Shown: in pieces, positions 23,320 to 36,899 of the stretch
How the letters are laid out: every line of letters begins with the position of its first letter
How positions within the stretch are numbered: position 1 is the stretch's first letter
Assembly: GCA_003427395.1 (NCBI GenBank)
Contig: BFEA01000011.1
Coordinates: 5,215,556 to 5,279,555, forward strand
Direction of reading: 5' to 3'
Source of the DNA: Chara braunii
Taxonomy: Eukaryota; Plantae; Charophyceae
DNA length: 64,000 nt
Notes under the pieces: generated by a model
The model's input: the letters and a program-made list of their open reading frames with translations, nothing else
The model's database searches: none
What the model was told of the DNA's origin: nothing
Made by a program: the position numbers and the translations under genes

Positions 23320-24264
23320 TAGTAACCCGACTCAGACTTGCCTGACCTACTACAAAACAGGCCAGCCAAATTCATCTTAGGCCCCAATCAGGGCTTCACG
23401 AGAAGATGTTAAAAATAAACAAATAAATAAAATGGCGTGCAGGCATGGAGGTCGTCTTTGGAGGTGGTTGTGACCTAACAGAATTTTCAAAAGGATTGTG
23501 TCTCCTCTTATTCATCACTGTATAATATGTGTATATACTCTCTACTCTTGGCTGCTGAGAAAGGGTCCTATCATCGACTCCTATGCTTAGTTTCGGTACG
23601 TTGCTAGGAATGTGTCAATTGACTTCATGGCCAACGTTTTGGAAAATCGAAACACACTATTGACGTGTGTCACAAGTTATCCCTGGGGAGGAGTCTGTTA
23701 CCCAAATTCGTGAGTTCTGACTATAGATTGGGAAGATCAACAGCCAGAAATGAAGGATTCAGCCAAGTGGGACTTGGTCCCTGGTGGATGAATGACTCTC
23801 TTCGAAGTTCAAACAGTCATTGTCAAATATGACTGCGTTTGGAACAAAGGGAACAAATGTTTGATCCTCTGTCATTTGCTGGCAATTCCTCATGTCATTT
23901 TTAGGGGTAAGTACGTTCATGTCACCTTTGAGTATTGAATGGGCAAAAAAAACACGCGTCGGCAAAGAAAACCGCGCCGAGTTCGAAAAGGCAACGGAAG
24001 TACCGACGGCCGTGGTGTCAGACCGGGTGTCGTATTTACAGGGGTCGGCTGTGGTGTCAGAGGGGAAAACAACAACAAAAAAAGAAAACGCCCAACGGAT
24101 ACCTTTTGGACTGCAATCGCTCATTTCGATTTAGCCCGTGGTTTCTTTGCCTGCGCGAGTTTTTTTTGCTTTTAGGGTTTCAAAACATGCCGCGTCCGCC
24201 GTTATGTCTCATTTTTATCTCCTTCTGGTCAATCTGAAACAGTTTTCACCTTTGGCAGTAGCCG

Positions 24265-24309
24265 ATGCAGATCCCAGGGGGCGATCGCTTGACCTCAGCT
24301 TACCTGTGT
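24265..24309 (+). CDS. RSP14: Putative first coding exon (runs into a gap) of the RSP14/RSPH14-like gene
   Basis: MQIPGGDRLTSAYLC resembles the R-I-S-A-Y-L N-terminus I recall for RSPH14 proteins; lies 1 kb upstream of the next exon. Confidence 0.45.
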
Positions 24310-25305
24310 NNNNNNNNNNNNNNNNNNNNNNNNNNNNNNNNNNNNNNNNNNNNNNNNNNNNNNNNNNNNNNNNNNNNNNNNNNNNNNNNNNNNNNNNNNN
24401 NNNNNNNNNNNNNNNNNNNNNNNNNNNNNNNNNNNNNNNNNNNNNNNNNNNNNNNNNNNNNNNNNNNNNNNNNNNNNNNNNNNNNNNNNNNNNNNNNNNN
24501 NNNNNNNNNNNNNNNNNNNNNNNNNNNNNNNNNNNNNNNNNNNNNNNNNNNNNNNNNNNNNNNNNNNNNNNNNNNNNNNNNNNNNNNNNNNNNNNNNNNN
24601 NNNNNNNNNNNNNNNNNNNNNNNNNNNNNNNNNNNNNNNNNNNNNNNNNNNNNNNNNNNNNNNNNNNNNNNNNNNNNNNNNNNNNNNNNNNNNNNNNNNN
24701 NNNNNNNNNNNNNNNNNNNNNNNNNNNNNNNNNNNNNNNNNNNNNNNNNNNNNNNNNNNNNNNNNNNNNNNNNNNNNNNNNNNNNNNNNNNNNNNNNNNN
24801 NNNNNNNNNNNNNNNNNNNNNNNNNNNNNNNNNNNNNNNNNNNNNNNNNNNNNNNNNNNNNNNNNNNNNNNNNNNNNNNNNNNNNNNNNNNNNNNNNNNN
24901 NNNNNNNNNNNNNNNNNNNNNNNNNNNNNNNNNNNNNCCATATCTCTGAGTTTTGAGTGGGCGCATGTCGCCAGTGTGCTGCGTTACTGTTTACATGTGT
25001 GAAAAGTGTGTTTGAAAACGAGTCTGATTGCAAATCACCTGTGAGGTTCTCTCTTGTGATTCCCAGTGTTTCTGGGTTGGGGTCGAATGACATCAAGCCA
25101 AGCTAAGGCGATATAGTTCATGGGTTTTCCTCTGTCAATCTTTGAACTTCTCATTTTCTTGACCCTGTTATTCATTCCATTGACGAGAAAGTTGTCTTGT
25201 GAGGCTTCACAAACCTTGGATTAGTTTTCAAGCCATGGAGGAGGTACTGACACTCAGTACCATAAAAGCTGAGTAAGGAATAACATGCCATGACCTTGTC
25301 AACAG

Positions 25306-25411
25306 GTTCGGCTGCTCAGTGATCCCAATCTTGTCATTAGACGGAAGGCAGTCACGGCGGCTGTGGAGATGCTTTCAACTGCAGAGAGCAGAGTGCACTG
25401 TCTTGAGGCAG
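25306..25411 (+). CDS. RSP14: Exon of armadillo-repeat radial spoke protein 14-like gene
   Basis: caacag|...|gtattt splice sites; VRLLSDPNLVIRRKAVTAAVEMLSTAESRVHCLEAG resembles the first ARM/HEAT repeat of RSP14; ends in phase 1. Confidence 0.72.
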
Positions 25412-26274
25412 GTATTTATTTGACTCTCGTCCTGTACTTCTATTTTGAATGTCCTTTTCATGTCTTTGCCATCTTCTCCGCACCCTTTCTGTTCGTCCGT
25501 TTCCTTCTCCACACCTTTTCAGTTCCTTCACCTGCTTCTCCCCTCCTTCACCTCCGATCATCCTTCTTTTTCCCTCCCTCTCCTCTCCTCCACTCTAGTG
25601 TGGCTGCTATTCATGACGTCTTAGCTGCTGTGTCTTGCAAAGAAGGGGCACAGCAAAGGGTAACGATAGCAAAAATTGCATATGAGGTGCAATCAAACCT
25701 TCTGGACAGAGACTGCCACGCATCACACACTTGCAACGAGTTCTCACGGAAAGCCGGACAAACACTGAACACGCATGAGCTCTGGGCTCAGGAAATTGTC
25801 TCGGCAACCACACAGAATTGCAGAATTGCCTTTCTTCTTCCTGCGGCTATGGCCGCCACACCACACTTGATGCAACATACAGCAACTCTAGTTACCTGAA
25901 CTTACCTCTCTCATATATTCTCTCTTACTACCTGATCTGTACTCCCCCTCACAACTCACAGGTCTGAACTTGCCTGGATCTGCCTTAGGCTAGTACAGAC
26001 CCTGAGCTTTACTTGCGTTGTGGACACTTGGCCCGACCCGAACTGCCTGGGTCTGCCTTAGGCTACAGACCCTGAACTTGTGCTGTGGATACTTGGCAGG
26101 ACCTGAACTGGCCTGAAACTACTGGACACAGACTTTCCACTTCGGGACTCCAGAACCTTTAACTACTTCTGCTACCTACACCTGTCACGACCCTAACTGG
26201 CCTGGAATGTCCATTACAGTCTGCAGCAGAGTCAAGACTGAAACGGACTCCTACTTAAATTGTTGACACCTTTC

Positions 26275-26382
26275 AAGAACGGAACTTGCCTAACACATCT
26301 CAAGGTTGGAACTTGCCTAACACATGTCAAGGTTGGAACTTGCCTAACACATGTCAAGATCGGAACCTGCCTAACACATGTG
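26275..26382. repeat. 27-bp tandem repeat x4 (AAGGTTGGAACTTGCCTAACACATGTC)
   Basis: Seen directly; no spacers. Confidence 0.9.
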
Positions 26383-29300
26383 TAGGCTAGATAGATTCTG
26401 AGTAGAGATAGGCAGGGCGCTGAGCGCCAATCGAGAAGGGCAAAACTGGATACTGTGTTGGTGGTGGTGAGAGGGGGCCGACATTGACATTTGAATCATT
26501 GTATCGCTCTTATTTGGCTTGTATCTCGGTGTATTGTGCTTTCTGCTTGGGGTACGACTATCTAGCTTTCAAGGTGGTATTGCAATTCGATTTTCTGTCT
26601 ATCGCTCTCGCTCATATTCCTTGCAATTTGGTATTAGAGCTGGCTCAGTTATTGCCATACTGGTGCTGGTGTCTTGGTTACTTGGTGCGCTGAAAGGATA
26701 CTTTGACGCTGGCTAATTGGAGTCCCTCCCAGGTAATGGAGAGTGGGATGGAAGGCTGTAGCGACAGCAGATGTCTGTGGAATGATGAGGGCACGCTGAC
26801 GTGTGTGGTACTGAGGCTATGACCGGTCATGAAATGGCACGTCGGCTCAATTGGACCAGGTAAGAAATCTGCGGTTTGGGGCAGCTATCTCCAGGTACGT
26901 TGTTCCTAACCTTATCTTCCCATCTCAATCTCTTCTTACCGTGAGGGGGAGAGTTCAGCTTGAGAGTCCTCTTCTGGTCAAGAGCCGTGAGCGCTCTACC
27001 TTAAGAGTCGACATTCTTCCTGGTGGCGCATCTGGTGGGAGAGGGCGGTGCCTCTGAAGGGCCCTGGTCGAAGCACGGGTCACGGTCACCATGCCAACCC
27101 AAGGAAGTAGAGCACGCATGCTTTGCTGCATTGTCCTTTGAGCTCTTGCTGCACATAAACGGGTGTTGGGCAGGTCAGCCGTATGGGGGATCGACGTGTA
27201 CCGGACCGTTGTTGAAGATACTCCGGAGGGAAACCGACTCGCACTGTACGCAAGGATAAAAGTAGTACGGACGGGGCTCGATTGTTCTTCATCACACACA
27301 GGGGTGGGCCGTTGTGCACACCATGGTCACTGCCTCTTTATTGATGCAGCCAGGACGTCGGATACAGGGGAGGGAAGGTTCCAATTGGTGCTCAATTTCC
27401 ATTTCGCATGCATCTGTGCAAGTGATTTAATTTTATTTTGACTAGTTGAGGTGTTTATGGACTGCTGACACCTGAAAGACAGCAAAAGAATAGAATTGTC
27501 GCAGTCTACTATTTCCAGTCCTGTTTATTGCTGCTGTTTGAGAACTGGTCGACATAGGGGTAAAGATCATTTGCTTAGTCTGTGTACATTCTGTTCACAC
27601 CACCTGATCGGTATTCTGGGTCAAGTACCAAATATTTATTTATCTATTTATTTTTTGCAACCCGGTCAGACACATGCTGTGGTAGGTCCCCGAGAGGACA
27701 CTAATGCAGACAGTGATCTTCTTTAGCTGATCAGCGGACACTGCAGTGAGGAGGAGTTAAGTGACAGCAAGCGAGTGACACGACAGACGGCACGTAGGTG
27801 CCGTATGTGTATCAGACCTTACCGCCTGGTGGGGAAAGATATTTGATGTAGAAAGTGTTGCCCACAACGATGTAGGGAGGAGGCAACAGCAGTAGCGCAG
27901 GCAAGAGCAGCTGCAATGGCTACAGCAGCAGCAACCTCAAGCACGCAGTCTGTATCGTAAGTTTCTTCCAGCAGGGGGATGAGTACAGGTACTTCCTCCA
28001 GTCAGATTGTTGGCTCGCAGTACAGCCAACATACTTAACTCACTAGAGAAGCCTTAGAGGCTCAGGAAGCAGAGAATATTCACCTTCAGCTAGAGAACGA
28101 ACTCAGAATGCTACCTTCAGAGCAAATAGAGCAAAGCTTAGGCAGACTAGACTAGAGACCAGGGAGCAAGATAGGGCTGCATTAGAAGGGTCAGATGACT
28201 CGGCCCTTGACGACACTGGTAAGGTGCTCAAGGCGGGTATGCTGAGTATGTATGAGTACATGGACAGCAAACTGGATGATATTCAGTCAACCCTAGACCA
28301 GATACTTAGAGCCATGCGGGGGAGGGGAAGACCAGTCCCATCTACAACAGGCAGACCTAGTGTCAGGGCGCAGCCATCTGTCCTATCACCATCCACACTG
28401 CCGGTGATGTCAGGCACCTTCGTCCCTCAGTTTGGTCTTATACCAGGTGGTACGGCATCAGCAGGTGTGCAGATTGCTGCTTCTTCATCTTCACCATTAG
28501 CTGCTCCAGCCGCAGGGCAGCAGCCGGTTCAGCCACCTGTGCAGCAACAGGTCCCAGCTGGACCACAACAAGACCCCGTTGTCTCCTCCTGAGACCTTTT
28601 CAGGGGACAAGAAGGAGGAGAACCTCAACACTTGGTTGAGGACGGTTCCAACATGGGTGACGGCCAAGCGGACGTTGACCGGCCAGGAAATAGTTGTGGC
28701 TGCCTCATACCTAAGAGGTTCGGCAGCAAGATGGAGATGGCTTAGTTGCAACCCATGACTTCGGTAGGAAGTTTGATAATTGGGCACACACCCAAACATT
28801 AGACGTGTTTCTAGAGTGGGTAGAGGAGCGGTGGCACAACCCTCAGCAGGCACAGCAGGCCATCGATGCATTGGCTAGATTGGACACGAAGGAGTAAAAG
28901 ACGGCCTGCGAGCTCACCAATGCCTTAGAGAAACTAATCGTTGTCATAGCTGTGCGCTGTGATCCACAGGTCCTGCTGACCATGTATCTGCGATGTCTTC
29001 CCATAGACATCAAGAACATGCTGGTCAGCGGGGCTTGCATCGACGTGCACGATCTTGCTTCCTTTAGCAAGAAGGCCTTAGACTTGGAGGCAAAGCTAGG
29101 GGGCGGGCAACAAGTTGCTGTACATGGGAGGAAGAAGAAAGTCCTGCAGGATTGGAAGAAGAAGGGTAGCTGTCTCATGATGATTGATTCTTATGGGAAA
29201 CAGGAGGAGATCAACGACATTTCCAATCTTGTGGATGAGACAGAGTTAGGCGTCGAGGAGAGTGTTGAGGGAGGAACTCTCACTGTAGCAACCAAACGAA

Positions 29301-31146
29301 CGGCAGCTGGCCAGCGTAAGTGTGGCCAGCAGAAGAGTCAAGGCAAGACTCAGGTTTCCCCCAATGCATATGCATGGGTGAGAGCTGTCAAGAACAACTT
29401 GTGGAGGGATCGCTACGCGCGTGGAGCTTGCATTAACGGCGGCCAATATGGTCATCAACAGTATAGGTGCAAGAATGCAACGGTCTCTCAAAAGATCCCA
29501 CCCACGTTGGGTGTTGGCGGATCTTCCATTCAGGGAGGTGATTCTACAAGCACTTCTTAGGGAAACACGTCGGGCCAGTAGAGGTTATAGTTGCCTCTAC
29601 TCGTGCCACTTCAAGGGTTGGCCGAGGCTATTGACTCTCTTGTCACCCTGCAAACATGTCTAGACCAAACGATACTCTGTTCATTAAATGTGTGTGAAGC
29701 CGTAGAGAACCCGGAGAAGGAGTGGTCAAAGAAAGACACTCGTGAGTCCTGGGTGGCGATGTTTGTAGGTCCTAGAGGGGAGCATTTCGTTGTGGAAGTG
29801 AGTGTACTACCTCGAGGTTAGAAAGTGTGGTTCCTTCGCAGACATTGGCTCCATGCGAAACTTCGTTAGTCGCAACCGTGTTGAGAGGCTGGACTTAGGG
29901 ACCAGCGACTAAGTAGAGTTGTAGCTTCTACCTTGGCCAACAAGGAGGGTATGGTAGTCCAGGACTACATTGACGACGTAGTCTGCAACTTCTCCTATGG
30001 AGGAGGGGAACATAATGATCAGATTTCGTTCTTGGTTAGCGACGACTTACCATTCGACATGTTGTTGGGTATGTACCACCTCGAGGTTGCACAACCCTAG
30101 TTTGATTGGGACCGAAAGATGCTTAAGCATGTGTTGCCGGATGAAAGGACCGTTAGACTAGCTAAATACAAGGCTAGCAGGTTAGTTGATTCCTACGGTT
30201 GCATGTGCGCGTCTGCGTTCTATAATAATTGTAAACAGAACCAAGAGGAGGGTATGTATCTGGTCTTCGCCTCTGAGAAAGGGGAGGTCGTTAAATCACC
30301 CCCAAAGATCAAAATTGTCGTTGCTAAGTACCCTAATATGTTCAAGGAGCCTTCAGGAGTCGTAGAGAGGGAAGTCATTCATGCCATAGAAATCATCTCA
30401 GGCAGTAAAACGCCTAAGGGGACGATCTATAGGATGACCCTGGCCGAGTTCGACGAACTTCGGCGACAACTAAAAGAGCTCATAGAGAAGGGTTGGATAC
30501 GGCTTAGCACNNNNNNNNNNNNNNNNNNNNNNNNNNNNNNNNNNNNNNNNNNNNNNNNNNNNNNNNNNNNNNNNNNNNNNNNNNNNNNNNNNNNNNNNNN
30601 NNNNNNNNNNNNNNNNNNNNNNNNNNNNNNGGCCGAGTTCGACGAACTTCGGCGACAACTAAAAGAGCTCATAGAGAAGGGTTGGATACGGCTTAGCACA
30701 TCTCCTTACGGTGCTCCAGTTTTATTCGTTCCGAAGAAAGGGAGATCACTAAGGATGTGCATTGACTATAGAGGCCTCAATGCCATCATTGTTAAAAACA
30801 CAGGGCCTCTACCTCGCATTGACGACCTTTTGGATAGGGTGCAAGGATGTAAGTACTTCACTAGAGACATTTGAAGTTCGGCTATTATCATATTGCAATT
30901 AGACATCAGGATCAACACAAAACACTTTCCAGACCAGGTACGGTCTGTACAAGTTTGTGGTAATGCCTTTCGGCCTTTGCAATGCGCGGGGTACATTCGA
31001 CCAGGCCATGAATAGGGTATTTCATGACTACTTAGATAAGTTTATCGTTGTATACCTCGACGACATTCTTATCTTTAGTAAGATAGTTGAGGAGCACGTG
31101 CAACACGTAGACCTTGTGCTTAGACTCTTGCAACAACACAAGTATA

Positions 31147-31307
31147 ATATATATATTCTTTAAAACACCAATGGAAGACTATTGTGGTGGTGATAAGATC
31201 CCCCACCCCTAGCAGCCCTATTGTTGGCTCCAACCTATTGGTGGGGAGCAACACCTGCTGGAAATTGGGTCCAGCGCCGCTTTCACAAACTTGTACATTG
31301 CTGGTAG
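31147..31307 (-). mobile_element. Short retroposed non-LTR 3' end with (TA)n tail, inserted in gypsy RT
   Basis: 10-bp TSD CACAAGTATA (31137-46, 31308-17); shared 3' structural motif. Confidence 0.8.
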
Positions 31308-31417
31308 CACAAGTATATGAGATATCCGCAGATGGACTTAGGTTGGAAGATGCGAAGGTGGCTAGTATTCGAGACTGGCCATGACCTCAGCCTGTGATAG
31401 AGGTCAGGTTCTTCTTG

Positions 31418-31545
31418 CGTCGATATGCTTACCCAGTTCGAATTATACCGCACGGTAGTAACATACTATATACCGAGTGTTTGTGAAGGGCACTTCTTTT
31501 GAGGGAACAAACAAATTGCCGTTAAAAAAAAAAAAAAAAAAAAAA
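31418..31545 (+). mobile_element. 128-bp poly(A) retroposed insert in gypsy pol
   Basis: 12-bp TSD AGGTTCTTCTTG (31406-17, 31546-57); A-tail. Confidence 0.85.
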
Positions 31546-33275
31546 AGGTTCTTCTTGGGGATGACAGACTACTACCATAACTTCGTAAAGAATTATAGTA
31601 CAGTTGCTGCCCCCTTGACGAACCTAGCTCGCCTTGACACCCCATGGGAATGGACTGATGATGGCGAGAGAGCATTCAAGAGATTGAAGCATGCTCTCAT
31701 GCATCATGAGATCCTAATGCTCCTTGATCCTGAGAAATCATTCATTGTTACCATTGACGCAAGCCAATATGGCATTGGCGCAGTGCTGTCTCAACAGGAG
31801 AGGAAAAAGTTGAGGTCGATTGAGTACATAAACAAGAAGATGCCATCAAAGAAATTGGCAAAATCCACCGAGGAGCGAGAATTCTACCCCCTGTATAAAA
31901 CTTTTATCCACTGGAGACGTTCTCTCTCATATACACTCAAGAGATGGATTGAAGTTATAAATCAATAGGACTTCAAGCTAGATTATGTGAAGGGACAGTA
32001 CAATAAGATGGTTGATGCGTAGGGCAGACTTCCTAGGTGCGCTGATTACCGAGTTTGGCCTATTTGACGAGCTTACTAGATCCATGGTGGATTCCGACAA
32101 GGAAGATCCCATCATGATGGACATTATCCGCAAACTCGAGGCCAAAGACAAGGCCACATCCGATGAGTTTGTGGTGGTGGATGGGTTACTCTTTCTTGAG
32201 GAGGCAGGGATTAAAAGATTGTGTGTGGCATCTACTGAGTCTTTGCATAGTCTGTTTCTAGGAGAACGTCACGATGCAACGGGACATTTCGGTTACAAGA
32301 AGACTAGCGCTAACTTGGTACTGCGTTTTTGGTGGCCCTCTATGCTTGAGAATGCAAAAAGTTACTTACAAACTGTTGCATGTCTTAGTGGTAAGCTAGA
32401 TAGACTCTGAGTAGAGATAGGCAGGGCGCTGAGCTCCAATCGGTAAGGGCGACACTGGATATTGTGCTGGTGGTGGCGAGAGGGGGCAGACATTGACATT
32501 TGAATTCATTGTATAACTCTTATTTGGCCTGTATCTCGGTGCATTGTGCTTTCTCCTTGGGATACGACTATCTGGCTTTCAACGTGACATTGCAAGTTGG
32601 TTTTCTATATTGCTCTCACTCATTTTCCTTGCAATACCATATGTGTTTTGGTTGATTTTATGAATATGAGATTTATACCTTGACACCTAAGATTTCACAA
32701 GGAGTAGATGCTTGTGCTATCGAGTTAGGGTCCTGGAGGAGGGAAGGGAGAAATGACCAACAGATTGGACACGTCTGTCGCAGGACTGACACATGTGGCT
32801 CCTGCACGTCGTCGGCGATAAAGGATCTAATGGCAAGCGCACAAGGACAATGGCATGCTGCAGCTCAATACGAGGAGATAAGACAGCTGGTTGGCCACTG
32901 TGCTGTTCCCTTTGGCCGACGCCTTGGACTCGCAGACTTCTGGAGCAGCACCCCTGACATGGACATCAAGATCAGTCTGCGACCTGCTATCCGGATTACA
33001 CCTCGTCACCAGATCGTATACCGGACGCAACCTGCTACTGGGACAATGAAGTCGAAGCCCTCGCTGTCTATATCACAGAACTGCTGAAGATTGCTTCCTC
33101 ACCGCCACTTCTACGACACCCGCCAAGACCTTTCTCAAGACATTTTTTCGCTTTTGACACTTTGTTACAGACGTGAGACGTTGTTTTCCCTGACCCCTCA
33201 GACAACCCAGCACTTGAGCATTGAACAAACAATTTTTATTTTTATTTTTCTCAAACCTGACAACCTATAGCCTTA

Positions 33276-33522
33276 TAGAACATCAATAGAATTACCCTGT
33301 TACTTGAACATTGATTCCCCCATCCCTGTAGAACATCAATAGGATTCCCCTGTTACTTGAGCATTGATTCCCTCACCCCTGTAGAACCTCAATAGGCTTC
33401 CCCTGTTACTTGAGCATTGATTCCCTCACCCCTGTAGAACCTCAATAGGCTTACCCTGTTACTTTAGCATTGATTCCCTTATCCCTGTAGATCCTCCATA
33501 GGATTACCCTGCTACTTGCATT
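33276..33522. repeat. ~53-bp tandem repeat x4.5
   Basis: TAGAACMTCAATAGGMTTMCCCTGTTACTTGAGCATTGATTCCCTCACCCCTG units head to tail. Confidence 0.9.
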
Positions 33523-35711
33523 ACTCCCCCTTTCCTTTTCTGACCAGTGACCGGCCCCGTCCCGTCCTTCACAGTTGTTCATTGGGTCTTTGGCGGTCGG
33601 GACGTTGTCCAGAGGGAGGGGATAGTGTTAAGCACTCAGCCAGGGATCGATCCTTGGTCCGCAGGTTACCACCAGACTGCTTTTTTATTTTCGAATCGTT
33701 GATCTTCGGTTCCTGACTGTTGACGCCCTCTGCAGTTGGCGCCCGTTCTCAAATCCTCTCTCTGGCACTTTCGGATTTCGATACTTGGCGTCATCCGACA
33801 TTCTGACGTTCAGGCTTAGACCTTCGATTTTCAGTTTAACCCCGAGGCAAATTGCACTTCTGCCCTCCGGACTCAACTTGAGTCTGGTACTTAAGACCGG
33901 ACTCAAGGTGAGTTCGGGGACTCAGTTTTCAGCCTCAATGCTTGTGCTTCAGTGTGACTTGCTACGACATTGTGTTCGGAATCGAAAATTGCGACTTTGC
34001 GACTTTGCGACTTTGCCTCTCCGTGTCTGCGTCTGTCGCGTCGAGTCGAGTCCATGTCGAGTGGAGTGTGTGTGTGTGTGCTCTCACTCTCTCCCTCTCC
34101 CTCCCCCGGCCTCGCTACTCTGCCTCTGCCACGTCACAATTGGACTAGTTTCAACTTGATCCAACGAGGATCATCTTCTGTTATCACTAATAATAGGTCG
34201 GTTGCCGATTCGTCGGTTTACGACTCAGCTCCAGTTTACTCTTGCCACTCAACCTAAAGGCTTTAGCCTTGTGGTTTGAATTGTTTCGTTGGGTTTTCAC
34301 CCAAACTTTATTCAGTGGTCATTTAACAAAGATGCTGAGTATTTTATTATGGAAGGTTGGACAAAGGTTGGGGTTTGTGTGGCTAAAGCGAGGGGTGTGA
34401 GCGCAAAGAATGGTTGAAGTTGACTCCGTGTAGTGTATGAAATTTGGTTGAATCTTTGATGTGATTGTAGGTATGTTTTGTGGTTCAGACTTTGGATTTG
34501 ACTGCCTGCAATCACACACATATATATGGTTGAGAGGAGTCTCGCTGTGATTGTGAGAAGTGATCGTCTCATATTAGTAACCCTTATATATATATATGCC
34601 TTGAGTGTTCGCGCGGCCTATTCCGACCGTGCGTAAGGGTTAAACACATTATGCCTTGAGAGAAAAGGGAGCTCCCCTTTTACCCTTTGCTTTTTAGAGT
34701 TCTTATAGTTGGACGTTGGAGTCCCTGACAACCGTCAAAGTCAAACCCCTTGATTTCTCTCCAGCCCCTAGATGATGGAATTTGCATCCAAGGCCAAGAA
34801 AACTAACTGCCACCACATGCCGGAACCTGTGTACCACCCACTCTGGCGCAGAAGAAGGTGTGGTGATCAACCGCCTTGATGACTGTCTAGCGTCGAGAGA
34901 TTAACCCCTCAAGGCGCGTCTCAACCGACACTTGAGTGTCGAACGCGACCCCCGAGACCATCGAGGACCGCCTGATTATGGGTGATACATAGTATTCCAT
35001 CATTGCGCCTGCTTGCGTATGTTTGCATTGCTAGTCGATATGAGAAAGGCCTAGCGTCCGCGCGGGTTTATCTTGAGTCTCGCGCGCGACGCCTAATCAA
35101 TTTTTTGTATTAAAAGGTTATGGGTTGGATACTGAAGGGACTAGGAGTGTTTTGTTTTGTGTGTGTATTTAATTTTATGTTTTTAACGTGGTGTAACGCG
35201 TGGTGAGTGGGATGCGTCCTAGTCGACCGACGACGAGTCGCGCTTGGGACTTCAGCCCCCAATGAGTCGGTTCATGTGCGGGTCCGATAGAGGCGTGGGA
35301 CCGAGCGTACCCCCTATGCTACAGCGTACAAGAAACACCCTCGACTGGCCCACCTTTGCGATTGCAACTGATTAGCTTTCGCATTGTGGACTGGTAGCTT
35401 GGCGGGGATACGCCCACCGAAGGGAGGTGACAGCTCCCGCAGGTGGAGGTGAGTTGTACCTCGCGTAGGCCCTATCCTGTCGTAGGGGCTCGCGAGAGGT
35501 ATGGCTGGCGCACTCGGCCGGAGCGACTACGGAAGCTCCATTTGTACCGCGATAAGAGAGAGGTTGAAAGTCCTTGAACCAAATCCTGCGTGACGCGGCC
35601 GGGAGGGTCCCCTTGCGGGACCGATGAGCTCGACAGTGCATCTGCTGGTTTGAGGAATAGAAACTGAGACAAGCAAAGTTTTCCTCACTCCAGTGGCAGA
35701 TCACCCACCGC

Positions 35712-36770
35712 TGTGTGCCAACAAATTGTTGGTTGGTTGATCATACGCACTTGGAACAACAGGGGCGAACCTTGCCCTGGTGTAGACAATTCCTACAGAG
35801 TTTCCCGCCACAGAAAAGGCCGGAGACTATAGAGCATATATTTTTGCAATCCCATTCCTCAGTGCTGGCGTGGAGAGGGTGGGATAGGATTTGGTGGATG
35901 ACAGTCCCAGGCACAGTCTAGCCATTGGACTGGAGGGCACTGATGACCGGCTACTGTTCCAGAGGACGGATATTTTAGAGAGAATATGCTGTGCAGACGG
36001 ACCATCCTCTGGGTGCTGTGGTGACAAAGATGTATCTTCGAAATGGAGGGAGCAAGGGTTGAGGTGGGGGAAGTAACTGAGCAAGTCAAGCAACTAATTC
36101 AAGCGGAGATAATGAACCAGTGGAGGAAGGCAACACAAAAAACGGAATTTATGCACACCAGGAAGGATATGGATTGCTGCATCTCGCAGTTCTGCAAGGA
36201 ATGGCTTTGGGGAACAAGAGGGGGAGGGATGGGGGAGGTGACCTGGTTGGGGGATGCACCCCGAGCAACAGGATGAGGGAGAGAGGTCAGGGGCGGACGT
36301 TGTCAAAGACAACCAACTGTGCTTCCATGATTGGACAATGGTAGACCTGAGCGTGCCACTGAGACCCCCGTCAGACTTTCCGGACCCCTTCCGCCCGCAC
36401 CCACTGTCTCTAATTGAGCTGGAGCAAGACATAATCTGACCAAGAACCAAGAAGGTGGAGGAGACAGGGCTGATGGGACCTGAGCTCTGCAGCCCCTCCC
36501 CGGAGCCAGGGGCCGCCATTTACCTGGCCTCTTCCCCACCTCTCTTCAGGGAGACGCTAGTCTCAGACATTCGAGCTTCTAGCAGCATTAGCATCTTCTT
36601 AGTCGATAGCCAAATCTGGGTAATGGCCCCGGTATCTGTTGAATGTAAATTTGATGTAAATTGGAGGTATCTTGGGACAATGGACCTGTTTTCCAGCAGG
36701 TGCTAGCTCCCCACGAATAGACTGGAGCTCCCATCCCCAAAAAATAAAATAAAATAATAATAATAACAAT
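35712..36770 (+). mobile_element. 5'-truncated L1-clade LINE: C-terminal zinc-finger region and 3' UTR
   Basis: VPTNCWL...C..ETIEHIFL (zf-RVT-like, parallels 41309-41090); shared 3' motif at 36692-36727; (AAAAT)/(AAT)n tail. Confidence 0.7.
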
Positions 36771-36899
36771 TGGAAGTTACATAGGTCTTCAAGACATAAA
36801 TGCACGTATTGTACATTGGAAAAAGAGTTATGGGACTGGATCATGGTCACTGAGAGTCTTGAATCCTTTCACTCCCGCCAACCTAAATTTCAGGTCCTC

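Larger units (their letters stand above)
26383..32634 (+). mobile_element. Decayed Ty3/gypsy LTR retrotransposon related to 10595-18852; integrase core deleted
   Basis: Partial LTRs 26383-26626 and 32384-32634; PBS TGGTATTAGAGC 26629-40; gag ~27800-29560; PR, RT (RMCIDYRGLN, YLDDILI), RH (TIDASQYGIG); INT ends after HDATGHFG..FWWP. Confidence 0.9.

Noticed and set aside
30442-30699. Duplicated RT segment
   Set aside because: Identical sequence on both sides of a gap, typical of an unmerged contig overlap
33276-33522. CRISPR-like array (also 26275-26382 and 8005-8170)
   Set aside because: Head-to-tail tandem units without unique spacers, eukaryotic context, no cas genes
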